This document shows positions 1 to 12,405 of a DNA stretch of 61,181 nucleotides, piece after piece. Within the stretch, counting starts at the first letter, position 1; each line of letters begins with the position of its first letter. Below the pieces are notes generated by a model, which saw only the letters and a list, made by a program, of their open reading frames with translations, was not told where the DNA came from and searched no databases. The stretch is from assembly GCA_012026655.1 (NCBI GenBank), contig JAAILG010000222.1, forward strand, positions 62,001 to 123,181, written 5' to 3'. This DNA comes from Hydrolagus affinis. Its lineage: Eukaryota. The translations under genes were made by a program, and so were the position numbers.

Positions 1-1865
1 CAGCGCCTTAAGCTTTACTAAATCAAATTATGTTCAGGACTAACTTGGACTCTGTTGTGGATTCACAAACTCAATTCACACAGGATCCCGAGAAAGGAGA
101 CAATTGGATCACATCAGTCAGGATTGTATTTCAAGCCAGATTGCAGAAACAATGAGACTATAGATTGACAAAATGTTTCTAATGCAACAACCCCAAAATA
201 CTTCCACAGTGTGATTACTCTCATCGCCAAAAAAAAAACATTTCCCCATCACTTTCCTCCAGCGACAAGCTTGTAACATGATCATCAGAGAAACATTTCC
301 TGCAGCTTCTGTTAATAGCTTGCAAAGCTTTTGATTAAGTCTCACATAAGCCGCCCCCAAAATAGTAACTAACTCCAATGGTATAAAGATATACAACAAG
401 TAAAAGGATTAAAAAGCCTTTCGTGAAACCTCCAATATTTATCCAGTTTTCTAGATATGTGAACCACCACACCTTTAATTCATCTGCTGCAATGCATTCC
501 TCAAACCAAAGTGTGTCAAACAGCACTTATTCTGTTCGACAAAAGATTGAAAGTTCTGAAGTTGTGTTAACAGCCATGTTAGCATTCTTTAACTGAGATC
601 TCATTTTTCATCTCCCAGATAACACAATGTGTAATGGAGAATGAATATTGTATGAAGTCCGGTAATTGCTTGATGTGTCACATTATGCTCCCAGTCAAAG
701 GTTAATAGCTTACCTAGCTTGCATGCAGCTGTGCAAATTTTCCAGCAACAGCATTTACTTGCACATCACAGTGTATGCCATGTGGCAGAAACTTTCTTAT
801 TGAAAATAAATATCATAATGGATATTTAATAGCACTTAACCAGTTTTTTTTATTTTACTAGTTTTGCATATAATGAAAGCGTTCAAATTTATAATGTGCT
901 GGTGGTATTTTGCATTGTGGTTGATATGTTATTCAATGTTGGGAAAGCACAGTTCACCTGTGTTGTGTTAACCATTCTGAGTTGCTTTTGATTTAATTAC
1001 ACAGCGAGAACACTGTCACGTCCGATAAAGATATCCATTTAAAACTTGTAGGGCCTCACTTTCTCTCTTGGGACAAACAGATTCCCATTTTAACCGTGAG
1101 AGAGAAAGTAGAGGATGGTTTTGTAATATGTGACGACAGGAAGGTGAAGCAAATTTAGAGGAGAAGGGTTGTTTCTCATTCTCGAGTCCCTTTCACCAAT
1201 TTTATTTGATTTCATATTTTATTTAAAGCACAAACGGAGATAAATCTCAACCACTTTAGTTTGAATGAAAAAACTTCAGAGTCACAAAAATACAGTAGGC
1301 TTCTCCAAGGGGAGATTCCTAGCACTACATTCTTCTGCTTCTCAAATCTAATCATAAACTACTAAAATAAAGTTTTGTGACACATTTTGCTGCATGCACT
1401 GAAATACAACTGAAAGATTGATATATCTGCCCTGCATGTTGAAAAGTTAAAACTGCATTTAAAATTCACAGCAGGGCAACACTTTAGCAGCAATTTGTAG
1501 ATGTAAATATTAAGTGAGACTTAAGCTGTCATCAGTCACATTATTTCAAAGAGATAATACAAAAAGAACCCAATTTACTTCTCTGCATTTTCTTTACTAA
1601 TTACAATAATTTCAAAACAGAAGGTCCTTTTTTTAATAACTGATTTGGTTAACGCTATAATTCGACTATGATGTATTCAAACCGGGAGCACCCAAGGGTT
1701 ATCACATGAAATGACTCTTGCTCCATCAACACACATTTCTGATCAGATTTAACTATTTCTGAACTATTGGTATCATGGGTGCTTGAATTCAATGCTGGCT
1801 CACTGATAAAAACAGAAGTACTGTATATTCAACAGCTATTTACCAATTCTATATCCAGCTAGTGA

Positions 1866-2060
1866 TGCAATTCAAAAAGAGAAGGGAGTTTCTCCTGGTG
1901 TCCTTATCATTCATATCATGGCTGTTTGCGGGGCATTGCCTGTGCCAAATTGGCTACAGCATTTGCCTACAAAAGTTTATTATGTTTCACAATGAATTGA
2001 ATGAAGCATTTCGGGAGGTCCTCTTAATGAAAAGGCACTATTTCAAATGCAAGAATTATA
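1866..2060 (+). mobile_element. Old Deu-domain SINE (SacSINE1/AmnSINE1-like), 3' half
   Basis: ttcaaaaagagaagggagtttctcctggtgtcc...ggctgtttgcggggcattgcctgtgccaaattggct...gaagcatttcgggaggtcc...gaaaaggcactatttcaaatgcaag follows the Deu-domain plus L2-type tail pattern; similar to the copies at 5843 and 12110. Confidence 0.7.
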
Positions 2061-2269
2061 ACCATAATGTCTTGCCACATTATAAACAGAGAAATCAGCA
2101 TCCACCATGCCACTGGAATGACATCACCAGGTTAGAAGGATGAACTTGTGATTCTAGAGGAGGCTTGATGGAAATCCACACAGTGCAGTTTCATCTCTAC
2201 AAGAGTTGTCCTCAACCTTGTGAATGGGAATCGAAAATTCCGATGCAGATCTCTGTTAATTTGCCAGAT

Positions 2270-2406
2270 TTAAATACCTTGAACAGAGTCAGCTGCAAAG
2301 GTAAAGGGGATAGGGCGGGTAAATAGATTGTTGGCATCAGGAATCCAGCACAAACATGATGAACTGAATGGTCGTCTACTGTGCAATAAATTAGTATGGT
2401 TCTATG
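2270..2406 (+). mobile_element. CR1 LINE 3' end fragment
   Basis: aaataccttgaa...gcaaaggtaaaggggatagggcggg...atgatgaactgaatggtcgtctactgtgc...atggttctatg resembles the CR1 3' UTR and its (ttctatg)-type terminus. Confidence 0.65.
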
Positions 2407-3149
2407 GAAACAGTTAATTGGCTAGATTTCTTTAGAATTACTATATAATCACACAAAGGTCATGCTATAATGACATCCTTCTAACAGAATAATTCCCCCC
2501 CTCCCACCAGACTTTAATTATCTAGTTGGAGAAATCTGTTGCCTTAAGGTTTTGCATTCTGAAGAGTTCTATGCCTCTACTTGAAATTGAAACAGTCACC
2601 TTTGATGGGATGAAACAAAACAAGATTAATTACAGGGCAGGTAGCGAATACCCCTGAGCACTGTACTTTATTGCATTCCTTTTCAAATGCAAAGAGCTTT
2701 TGTTCAACACCAACTTTTAGTTTATTTGGGGCATTGTATCTCCCAAGATTATTGTCAGCTCTTATTTTCATTTTATCCAGTCTCACGATGTTTCACGTAT
2801 TTAATATGTCATGGAAACATGCCTTTAGAGGGTGTTGACAGTACATTGAAAATTAGACATCAAAAATAGATAAAGCAATATTATTAGATTTGACTTGTGT
2901 GGCCAACAGCCTGATCAGGAGCATTTTACAATGGTTTGTTCTGATTACAAGTGTAGCACGCACAACTGATTGAATCATGATGGAACCCAATTTGAAGAGA
3001 ATACATTTTAAATGATCTTGATTCCAGAAAAATGGGATCCACTGAGAATTTATACTACAGTCTGATGTTGAGAATGCATTTGTCAATTAACCTGAACTAA
3101 CGCCACCATGCAGCTCATTGCAACATGTATTTACAGAGGACATAACACT

Positions 3150-3633
3150 GTATGAAAGGGAATTAAATAAGAAATAATATTATTAATAAACCTTGCATTT
3201 GATATAGCGCTTTTCACGTCTTCTAGACGTCTCAAAGTACTTCACAGAATAGACTGTAAAGTGAATTGACTGTGTATTTGTGGACAAACCGTGGCAGCCA
3301 ATTGAGCACAGCAGTGTCCCACAAACAGTCGTGGATTAAAATGACCAATTTATTGTAGGTTTTTTGGGGAGACAGATTATTATTAGACATGTGGAGTAAG
3401 GAAACTTGCCAAAGATTTCGCCTTGCCTGGATTCGAAACACAGGTTTCACGCGTGCGAGGCAAGTGCTCTAACAACTGAGCTGCAGGCCTCCACATTCAA
3501 GTATTTGAAGAGCAAGAATATTTAAAAGATATCAAAAGCAGGGAAAGCAATTAGCTTTAATGAAATAAACTACTACTACCATTCTAGGCTCAATGGACTG
3601 AATAGTCTCTTTCATGGCTGTGATTTTGCTGAT
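3150..3633 (+). mobile_element. CR1 3' end fragment interrupted by a SINE
   Basis: gaaagggaattaaataag (3154-3171) continues after the SINE as tatttgaagagcaagaata...aggctcaatggactgaatagtctctt, matching the CR1 ORF2-end/3' UTR pattern. Confidence 0.5.
3173..3492 (-). mobile_element. tRNA-derived SINE, full length (dominant young family, SINE2-1_CM-like)
   Basis: On the minus strand: tRNA head with A box (gctcagttgttagagc) and B-box-like tttcgaatcc, then cttggcaagtttccttactccac, a Deu 3' segment and a tgcaagg..(tat)n tail; alignable with the copies at 22916, 30152, 41699, 47068 and 58692. Confidence 0.92.
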
Positions 3634-5842
3634 ATTTTTATTTGCATAAGCATACTCCTTCCATTTCTCCAACTGTTCCCAAAGCGCGCTGGAGAAATAG
3701 ATGGGAACTTGATTAACTCTTCAGCTGCCTGCAAGTAAAAGCAAAATATTTGATCCTGGACTGTGAGCATTTCTTAAATGTTATCATCTCTCCCAGTAAA
3801 TACAGTACTCTGAAATATGTCTTAATAAATAACTTCTCTTCATCCTATTCCCCATTTTCTCTCTTTCTCTCCATTTGCTCTCTCCTGAAGCCTCTTCTCT
3901 CCTAAAGTTATCATTTTAACTTAAATTTTACTCTGGACCAGGAAAGTTAGGCAACTTATAAGATAATAATAATCTTTCCAGTTTTCTTTGGGAAAGATAC
4001 TTTGAAGCATCCTCCCAATTACAAATACAAGGTGTAAGATCAAAAGATTTATTATGACGTAGTGACTGTCTATTTTCCGTGAGCACTAGAGTCAATTTGC
4101 ACAGCAACGTCCCACATACAGGCATGATGTGAATGACCAATTTTACCTGTTGTCAAGGATCTTATATTCATTTAGTAGATTTAATAGATATAATCCATAT
4201 TGCAAATTTTAAATAAAATTGAAATACTGTATCTACAAAGTAGAAAATGTATCAATTGTTTTGCATTCAATCAAATTGTCTGGTTGCAGTATTACATACA
4301 ATTGCATGCAATTTAATATTTTAATAAAGATATTGCAGTCAGGTTTCCATATTGCTTCAGCTAAAATTTTTTTTAGTGCTTTTTACTAATGAGATTGGGC
4401 AATCAATTGTTTGTTCTTCTCTTTGTCTCTGCTGGAGAGAAATAAAAACATCCTCTCGTTTGCATAATCGAAAACACAAGTTGAGAAATCAGATAGTAAA
4501 CTTATTAGGCTCACAGTATTCAGCATCAAATCCATCAGGTGCCTGTTCTGTAGGGAATTTATTTTAAATTTAGTAACATCATAATAATAATAATATCCTT
4601 GCATTTAATTAACTCACTTTGGACATTGGGAGTTAATAAAAAGGTTGAAATGATTGCTGGTATTCTACCTATTGCAAGAAAATTGGCTGAATCTGGATGA
4701 ATATAGTTTGAGTATAAGAATTACCCTCAAATAATGATTTGAAGTGCAATATGATTTTAATTTAGTCAGTGACCAGTCTGCCCTCCTTGCTGTGCTTAAG
4801 AGCCAGGCCGGCTGATCTATCATCATCAGTGTATTGGAACACTGCAGACATCCCGCCCAGGCAAATTTTAGTACTGAAGAGACCCTAGTTTCATTTTCTC
4901 ACCACCCTCATCTCAGAGTATAGTCACTAGTTGGTAATAAGGGCACACCAGAAATATTTTTCACATATAATCTCCATGGGGTTGTAATATACCACATTTA
5001 TTTTGTGCTGCAGGAAAGGTTCCTCAGAGGAATGCATAGAAATCACTTTTGCTCAAACCTTTCTAAATTGAGTGTTCGCTTTTCCCATCAGTTGAGTGGT
5101 CTCTAAAAATCCAATAGCTCCACACAGCTGTGTCAGTACAGTTGCTTGATTGGATTACTTATCTCCTTAATCAGAATTTAACTCTGTTTCATCCCTTAAT
5201 CTTTAGCTCTATTACTTTTCCCACACATGAGCCACTCAATGACCTTTAGCTCACTTCACCTGTGAAGAAGGATACTTGCCGTACTCTTCCGCACCAGTAG
5301 ATCTGTGATCATTCAATAGGAGATAGACATTCAGTGAGGCATGTGAAAATAAGGCATGAAATGAGAAAGGCCATCTGATCCATAATGCCAGTTCTTTCTA
5401 CATGCCATCTGCTTCACTGAGGCCTCCGCCCATCAGGTTTAACCGCTTGCAAACATTCCCGCCTGCATCAAAGGTAAATCAAGCAAAATCCCTGACTACT
5501 CTTTAACCCTTGACTCCTTCATAATTCATCCTTGTTCAATTGCTTATCTTTGTATCACTTTTCCAAGCTTTCCCGTGTTTCCAGAACTCTCTCTACAAGT
5601 CTATACAAATGTAATTTTGTTGTTGTTATTATTATTATTAATACTACCTTTAACTGTGTTTGTAACTCGAATTATTTCAGTTCTTTCCATTTTTTTTGAA
5701 GGCAAGTTCCTATTTCTTTTGCTAAATGTGTGTTCTAACTTTGACATGTTATTTTCAATATTGATTGTAACTCACCTAAGGTTCAAGCATAGTTTGTCAA
5801 TTGCTATGATATCAGGCTGGCTGAGTTCATACAGTTTGATCA

Positions 5843-6206
5843 TAGGTTCAAGTCTCATGTTGAGATTCTGAGGCTCTCGGCTGATATTCCAATACAGTGC
5901 TGGAGGAGAGCGCTACAGTGAAAGAAGTGCCATTCTTCAGATGAGACATAAAGCTGAAGTCCTGTCTGTTGGTTTTGGTAAATGTTAAAGTGCACTATCT
6001 GAAAAGACAGAAGAGCTTCTCCCAGTGTCTGCCCAACAAACTTCAAGCTAAATTTAGTCATTCATTTCATGGCTCATTTGTGGGACACTGCTGTTCATAA
6101 ATTGGCTTCCACAATCACCTATAGTTCTGCACCTTAAAGAAACAATTTACTAAAGCATTTTAAGACATTCTTGATCTAATATGCAGAATATTAAATGCAA
6201 GATTAT
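5843..6206 (+). mobile_element. Old Deu-domain SINE, near full length
   Basis: ggttcaagtc (B box)...ggctgatattccaatacagtgctggaggagagcgctac...gtgccattcttcagatgagacataaagctgaagtcctgtctg...ttctcccagtgtct...tttgtgggacactgctgt..aaattggct...aaatgcaag is the canonical Deu-domain order. Confidence 0.8.
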
Positions 6207-7137
6207 CTGCTATAATCAATACTCCAATAAAACAGCTACATATATGGTTATAGAATGTTTGTGCAACTGATTACACATTTTGAAAGCAGGAATAACTCAT
6301 TGTGTTATTCTGCTGGTATCTATTAGCATTACAGAAAATCAACATAAATGTGTTCCCCAAATGTCCTTGCCCTGAGTTCTGTTGGCATAGATGCTGAAGA
6401 GATATTTGGGGATAAGTGCCACTACTTTTCTTCAAACTGAAGGCTATCTCATCATTTCTAAGCAGGCTGGAGTTGTCTTCATCTTTTGGAGTGGTGCAGG
6501 AAGTGAATTATTGTTCAGTGTAATTTCTCCCCTTGGATAGATTAAGCATCAAAAGATGGATGTGTTTGAATGAGTGTCTCAGGCAAAGTAATTGCAATAA
6601 CTGTACAAACTTGGGATAGACTGCAACTTTCACTCCATCCTTTAAGGAAACATTCATAGGATAATTCTATCACCATAGTGTCTATGGCTACAGAACAGCC
6701 TAATTTCACAGTACCATCCGCCCACATTCTTAAATGTTCCAATTCACTATATGTTGTTATTGCTGCTGAAGAAATTCTTGTGAAACTAATCAATGCATAA
6801 AAAGTCAATTTAAAGGGTTCAGCAGATACACTGACCAAACGCTTCTTGAAGCCTTGGAAGTTCTGGGCAAGGAGGCGAAATCTGAAAGCTACAACAATCC
6901 CACAATTACTGGCAGTTTCAACAATCCCAAAACGCCAGGATTAATATCACTTCTGGTTAGAAACATCATAAAGGATCAAATGCTTCAGTTATTTCTCATT
7001 GCTTCGAGGGTCATTGCTCCATTACTTAATAAAGTAAAGCTCACCTCTCCAGCAAAATAAATCATTTTAAGACCAATGGAGGAGAGAAATAAAGTGGTGT
7101 TCTGAATCATTTTGCTTTGAAAACAGCTTGTGGTAAA

Positions 7138-7156
7138 TATATATATATATATATAT
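7138..7156. repeat. (AT)n microsatellite
   Basis: Read directly from the sequence. Confidence 0.9.
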
Positions 7157-7704
7157 TATTGTATATCAACAAAGTGGAACCAGCATCTGGAAGTTACAGA
7201 CCTATTAAACTCATTCATTTTCCTTCCCAGGCTTGGATGGGTTTTGAAAGTGTTTTTTTAAACCTTCAATTTGAAAGCGTGTTCATTATGACTGAACTGA
7301 GCATTGCCAGCTGCATTGCACTCAATCATCAAATCAACTTTCAGTGTTGGGTCATAATAATATATTAAAACTTGATGAAAACATTGAAAGAATTTCACAA
7401 TTCAAAGCATCAAAGTCTAGGAATTCAATAGTAAATTTTCTCTCTTGGAAATAAATCTGCACATTCTCGCCTGATGTTACACGGACGAAAATGCCGTACA
7501 AATTTTCAATTTCTTGTTGAATATCTGATAAGTGGACATCTAAGAAATAAATATCTGAAGGATAATGAATGCCGACACTTCATCCTAGTTAAATCTATCA
7601 TTTAAACACTTTGAGGCGTAAAAACAGGTTGCCAAAGCCGCAAAAATTTCCTGTTCCTCTAATTGACAGTAAATGTAGGAATGACCATGTTTTCAATATC
7701 ATAT

Positions 7705-7825
7705 GCAGTACTGTATAGGAATACGGCAGGCTAGTGGATTAAATAGATTATTCTTCCAGAGAGCTGATACGGGTACAATGTACAAGATACAAGCCTCCTG
7801 TGCTATTTAATTTTATGGTTTTATA
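7705..7825 (+). mobile_element. CR1 3' end fragment
   Basis: ggcaggctagtggattaaatagattattcttccagagagctgatacgggtacaatg...gcctcctgtgct...ttttatggtttta. Confidence 0.6.
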
Positions 7826-8804
7826 ACTTGGCAAATCAACACATTTCAAACCAGTTTTCATAATATATGTATAAGGAGTATGTTTTTCAATGTTTGAAAA
7901 CACTGTAGTTCAATTGTCATATTTCTAACCAAAAGCTTGGCTATTAAATTCAAGTTATTATGAACATAGTTCAATTATATATTCCATCAGTTTAATGTGA
8001 GAAATGAGTCGAGTTCTCTGACTAAAATAGACAGTAAGAAGGAAGAAAGCATATGTCGTTTTCGCTAATTCTGACATGCTTCCTGCGGTATGTTTCAATA
8101 TCTGGTGCAACAATGTTAGTGATCCTCCAGCAGGGCACTTTAGTTCAAACTTCTACTCTTGTGCTGTCGTTTGAGAATAATCTACTAAATTACTTTGTGC
8201 TTCACAAATTACACGAGGGTCACAGGAGAGGAAAATCAGGCCAATTTAATTTGTCTCTTACCTATGGTTTAAATTGCGCTTTGTTAATCAAGGCTCCCTT
8301 TTTATATTAGAATTAGGACACTTTAGAATCTCCAGAAAATCATAATTGCAATCGCAAAGAACAAGTGTTAATGTATTGTTTTAAAGGGACAGAGGCAGTT
8401 GTGTCTCAATTGTTGAGACTTCTTACATGTGATTTCATAGTTGTTTCTGTTCTATTATTGTGACACATGTTCAGATCCTAAGGGATAACTGAATTGAAAT
8501 TTCTGGCTGGCTATTAATATTGATTAGATGGAGGTACAGTATTTTGCTGGCGTTGAGAAATGTGTCTATCAATCACACGACACCAAACACACTGTCTGTC
8601 TTTCATTCTAAGCACGACTCCATGAAAAATGTGAAAATTCCAGAAAACTGAATGTAAAATATATTGATATTGTTCACACTGCAACTGCTCTCCTCTTCCC
8701 CACCTCTCCCCAACCCAAAAAAAAAATATTCTGTACCTCTGAAGCTATCCTTATCTGTTTTTCTTATTTTCTCTTCTTTTCTCAAAAACACAAAAGGAAA
8801 GATG

Positions 8805-8930
8805 CAGGCAGCTCTCAACTTTGCCCACAAAATATAGACAATTCAATTTACAGAATGTTCTATGAAGCTCCTTGCGACATCTCAAAGACACAATAAGGCA
8901 CTACATCAAATGCAAGGATTATTTTATTAT
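8805..8930 (+). mobile_element. SINE 3' fragment (dominant family, diverged)
   Basis: ttgcccacaaaatatagac...ttctatgaagc...atcaaatgcaaggattattttattat. Confidence 0.75.
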
Positions 8931-9554
8931 AATCTAACTAAATCTTTATCTTCTGACTCACATCTTTCCCCAAATCCAAGAGTCTTCTTCTTCCTCTGCA
9001 GCTTTGACCAATCAATATTGCAAGAGGTTAACATATGACTGAACTGAGATGTCCATTTGAATCTTATGTATTCTATTATAGCATTATATTGATGAAAGAT
9101 GAGTTTCAGAGACGGAAAATCTGGTCCAAAATGATCTTAAACTACATCCATCTGAAGTGTTCAAACATCTGTATAATTGTATGAAATGCACATTATAAAT
9201 TGCATTTGTGTACAAATTCAAGGATTATTATTCATTTAAGTTTCACAAAAAATATCTCCAAAGCAGGAAAGTTCCCATGACTTCAGTTGACCAATGCGAC
9301 GTCTAAAATGAAGCTGTAACCATTACACAAATTGGCACTTAAAAAGATGATGTCGGAACTAAGTACCTTAAATCCTCCTTTTAAATGTAGGGTATTAAAT
9401 CAGGTTAAAACTTCTCAAGAGTTTTCTTTGATTCACTTCGAAGAAAAACTGCTGAGTAAAGCTAATGAGAGAGCTCATTATGAAAAGGAAGAGAGCACTT
9501 AAAATAAGAGAGAATAGATTTGCATATGAAACAAAATTGGCTGCGGTTTACCCA

Positions 9555-9750
9555 ATGGCCCAGTGGCAAAAGCAAATGCTCAGGATAGTACTGTCATGAA
9601 AAGCAGGTAACAAATTTGGTTTCCGGTTACAGTATTTGCTAATTGAATTAATCTCAGTTGGGGTAGCAATTTAGTCGCTACTACATGATTTTTATGACTA
9701 TCTTGTAAACAAGAAACTGGAATTCCTACAAATACACTGCAATAATCAGG
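9555..9750 (+). mobile_element. Ancient tRNA-SINE relic (AmnSINE2-like), highly decayed
   Basis: tggcccagtgg...gatagtactg...atctcagttggggtagca; weak similarity to the relics at 14085 and 53845. Confidence 0.35.
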
Positions 9751-9936
9751 CAAAAATTTTACCTTTTGAGTGTGTACCATGTGGAGAATGTAAAGTTGCA
9801 CATAAGGCATTTTACAGTGCCAATAGACTGGCAGCATCCACAGTCACCTTCCAAAATTAATGCTGATGTGAATTTTCTGTACAATGAGAGAACCAAACTA
9901 GAAAACTGTTATCAAAATGTGAATTGAATAGATTAG

Positions 9937-10150
9937 AATAATAATAATCCGTCCAAAAAAAACACAATAATAAAAGCAAATTGATCATTTCAATCCACGA
10001 CTGTTTGTGGGACACTGCTGTGTGCAATTGGCTGCTGCGTTTCGCCCACAAATATACATTCAATTCACTTTACAGTATATTCTGTGAAGCGCTTTCAGAC
10101 GTCGATAAGAGGTGAAAAGCGCTGTATCGAATGCAAGGATTTTTATTATT
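9937..10150 (+). mobile_element. SINE (dominant family), 5'-truncated at the internal aataataatcc motif
   Basis: Close match to 47197-47403; no tRNA head. Confidence 0.92.
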
Positions 10151-11344
10151 AATATGTAACTATTGCTACAATTGCTGTGATAACTTAGACCAGTTTTGCC
10201 AAAGTAACAGGCTATGTTGGGGTGAATAATTGAACCGTATTGAGTTCCGCTCGACTTCCACACAAATAAGTTTCCTTGTGTAAGTATGATAAGTATATAT
10301 CTACACAGAAAGAAGACTTATGATTTTTCAGTTGTCACCCAGTCTTTACTTCAAACGACCAAATGTCCATTTCAAAAATACCCTGCTTTTATAGGCGAAT
10401 GTATGAACTGCGAAATTCCTCCTGTAATCCTTCACTTAAAATTCCAGAATGAGTCTTTATGCAATCATACTAACTTGCTGAAGGATATAACTTCTCTTTC
10501 AAAAACACTCTAACCTCTCCACGGAGAAGGAGAGGTGCCAAAGGATTTGCAAAAAGAATTTGATGCCAATTAGATTTATTCCTGAATTCACTGAATCAAA
10601 ACTTGGCAAGTTTTTGATGATATAGCTAAGCAAAACTGGCCCTTAAATCTGATGTGTATGTTTACCCAAAGTGGGATGCTTTACTGCGTGATCAAAATCC
10701 AAGTGAGGGCGAGGAGATGGGTGCTACCTAATGCTATTGCAGACTCATTCTGAAATGAGTTCACAATGTTATCAGTTAACCTATTTAAGTGAAATGGATT
10801 TTCACGTTTTTTTTCCTCTCCATTATATTTCCACGATTTCATCACAAATTTGACATGAAATTTGTCAAGCAGCACCTGCTCACTCTCCAAAACATAATGC
10901 ATAATAAAGAAATATTTAAGATTAGATGTGCAGAGAGACCTGTGTTATTCTGTTAGTATGTAGGGATGGAACATTTTCTGATTGTTTGAACTCATGATTC
11001 AAGGGAATGTTCTGCTCGATTCGGGTTCATATTTAATGTCAAGTCTTTATTCTAATCTTAACATGCTGTAGAAGGTGTGAATTTAGAATTAGTCTGTTTT
11101 TCTTTCAAAATAAAAACAAGATACCAAAAGCAATTGGAATGCAATTGAACAGAATAAAATCTCATTGGTGCAGTTGACAGCTGGTATGTAGGCAGGAAGT
11201 AGCAAATTTTATTTTGCAAGAATTTAATAGCAGCCCCAGAAGTGCAAAATATACACCACTCATTAATAATGTGTTTTACAGTATTCTCACTTCAATATTA
11301 ATATTGCTTTTATATTGTATGTAGTGATGACTAATTGATGCTGT

Positions 11345-11510
11345 GGATCGTTATCTTGCCCTTCCATCTGTGAGGCTTGAGTTTGAATTCAACCCAGCCC
11401 AACAGAGAAGGAAACTATCACCTTTCAGTCTCTGCTTGCTGTCAGGGGTCCAACATGTTAAGCTTGGACAATCTCAAACTAGTCTCTAGAGGGCCTGAAT
11501 CTAGCGGAAA
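11345..11510 (+). mobile_element. LF-SINE-like ancient SINE, 5' part
   Basis: gcccttccatctgtgaggcttgagtttgaattcaacccag...gctgtcaggggtc...atctcaaactagtctctagagggc resembles the recalled LF-SINE head (gcctttcacctctagg..gggttcgaatccagcccag...gtctcagtccagttcctagtggac). Confidence 0.5.
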
Positions 11511-12109
11511 AAGTAAATAACTGAACGTCTGACTCCAGATTCTAAAACTATTTCATTCTCAAGAGACGGCGTAGCAAAACAAATATAAAAGATCATTTTA
11601 AACTTGTCATTTTAAGGAAGAATTCTGTGAGTTTTTTTTTAAAAGCTGTACATGTTTTATCCATGCTGGCATTAAGCGGTCTATAAAAGCTGGAAATTTT
11701 ATTCTGCCATTTCACAATGGAAATGCATCCTGTGGGTGGATTGTGCCACAAAAGAATATGAATAAGATCTCCTGGGGTCTCATTGTGCTCCACATGTCAG
11801 TGGTTTGAAATAAATCAGTGTGTCTGATTCTTCATTTAAAGGACAATTTGTGCAAATAAGACAATTTACCGTATTGCAGACCAATACATATTACCCAAGG
11901 GATTTGGTTGTAGAGCTTGATTGAGAGTGTAAAGTATCAAAAAAAGTGCTCTGAATGTGAAACAATGCTGTTCCAAGCTGGGAACAACAGAGTTTGGCTG
12001 GTTTAGCGTTCCATTTACCATTTATTGACAGGCGTAAAAATGCATGGTTCAGAAATATGCAAGGATTTGGAAAGATGCCACACCATCCTCAACAAAACCA
12101 TCTCAATCC

Positions 12110-12405
12110 TGCTGCAATGCTGGAAATGCCATCCTTCAGGTAAATCGTTAAACCGAGATCCCGCCTGCTGTTTGAAGTTTTAATCTCATGGCAACATTCA
12201 ACAAGATAAGGGGGTTTCTCCCAGTGTCCTGGCCAACAAACCTCTGGATATAATTGTTCTTTTATTTCATGGCTGCTTGTGGGACATTACTGCGCACAAA
12301 TTGGCAGGTCTCATCCATCAACAAAATACACAGTAAATCCTGTGAAGTGCTTTGGGACATCACCTGACATGAAAGTCACTATATCAAATGCAGGGATTAT
12401 TATTA
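12110..12405 (+). mobile_element. Deu-domain SINE lacking the tRNA head
   Basis: tgccatccttcaggtaaatcgttaaaccgagatcccgcctg...ctcatggcaacattc...ttctcccagtgtcctggccaac...gcttgtgggacattactgcgcacaaattggc...gtgaagtgctttgggacatc...atatcaaatgcagggattattatt. Confidence 0.85.

Noticed and set aside
118-526. Two minus-strand hydrophobic ORFs at the window start
   Set aside because: No recognisable domain or splice structure; consistent with chance ORFs in AT-rich DNA
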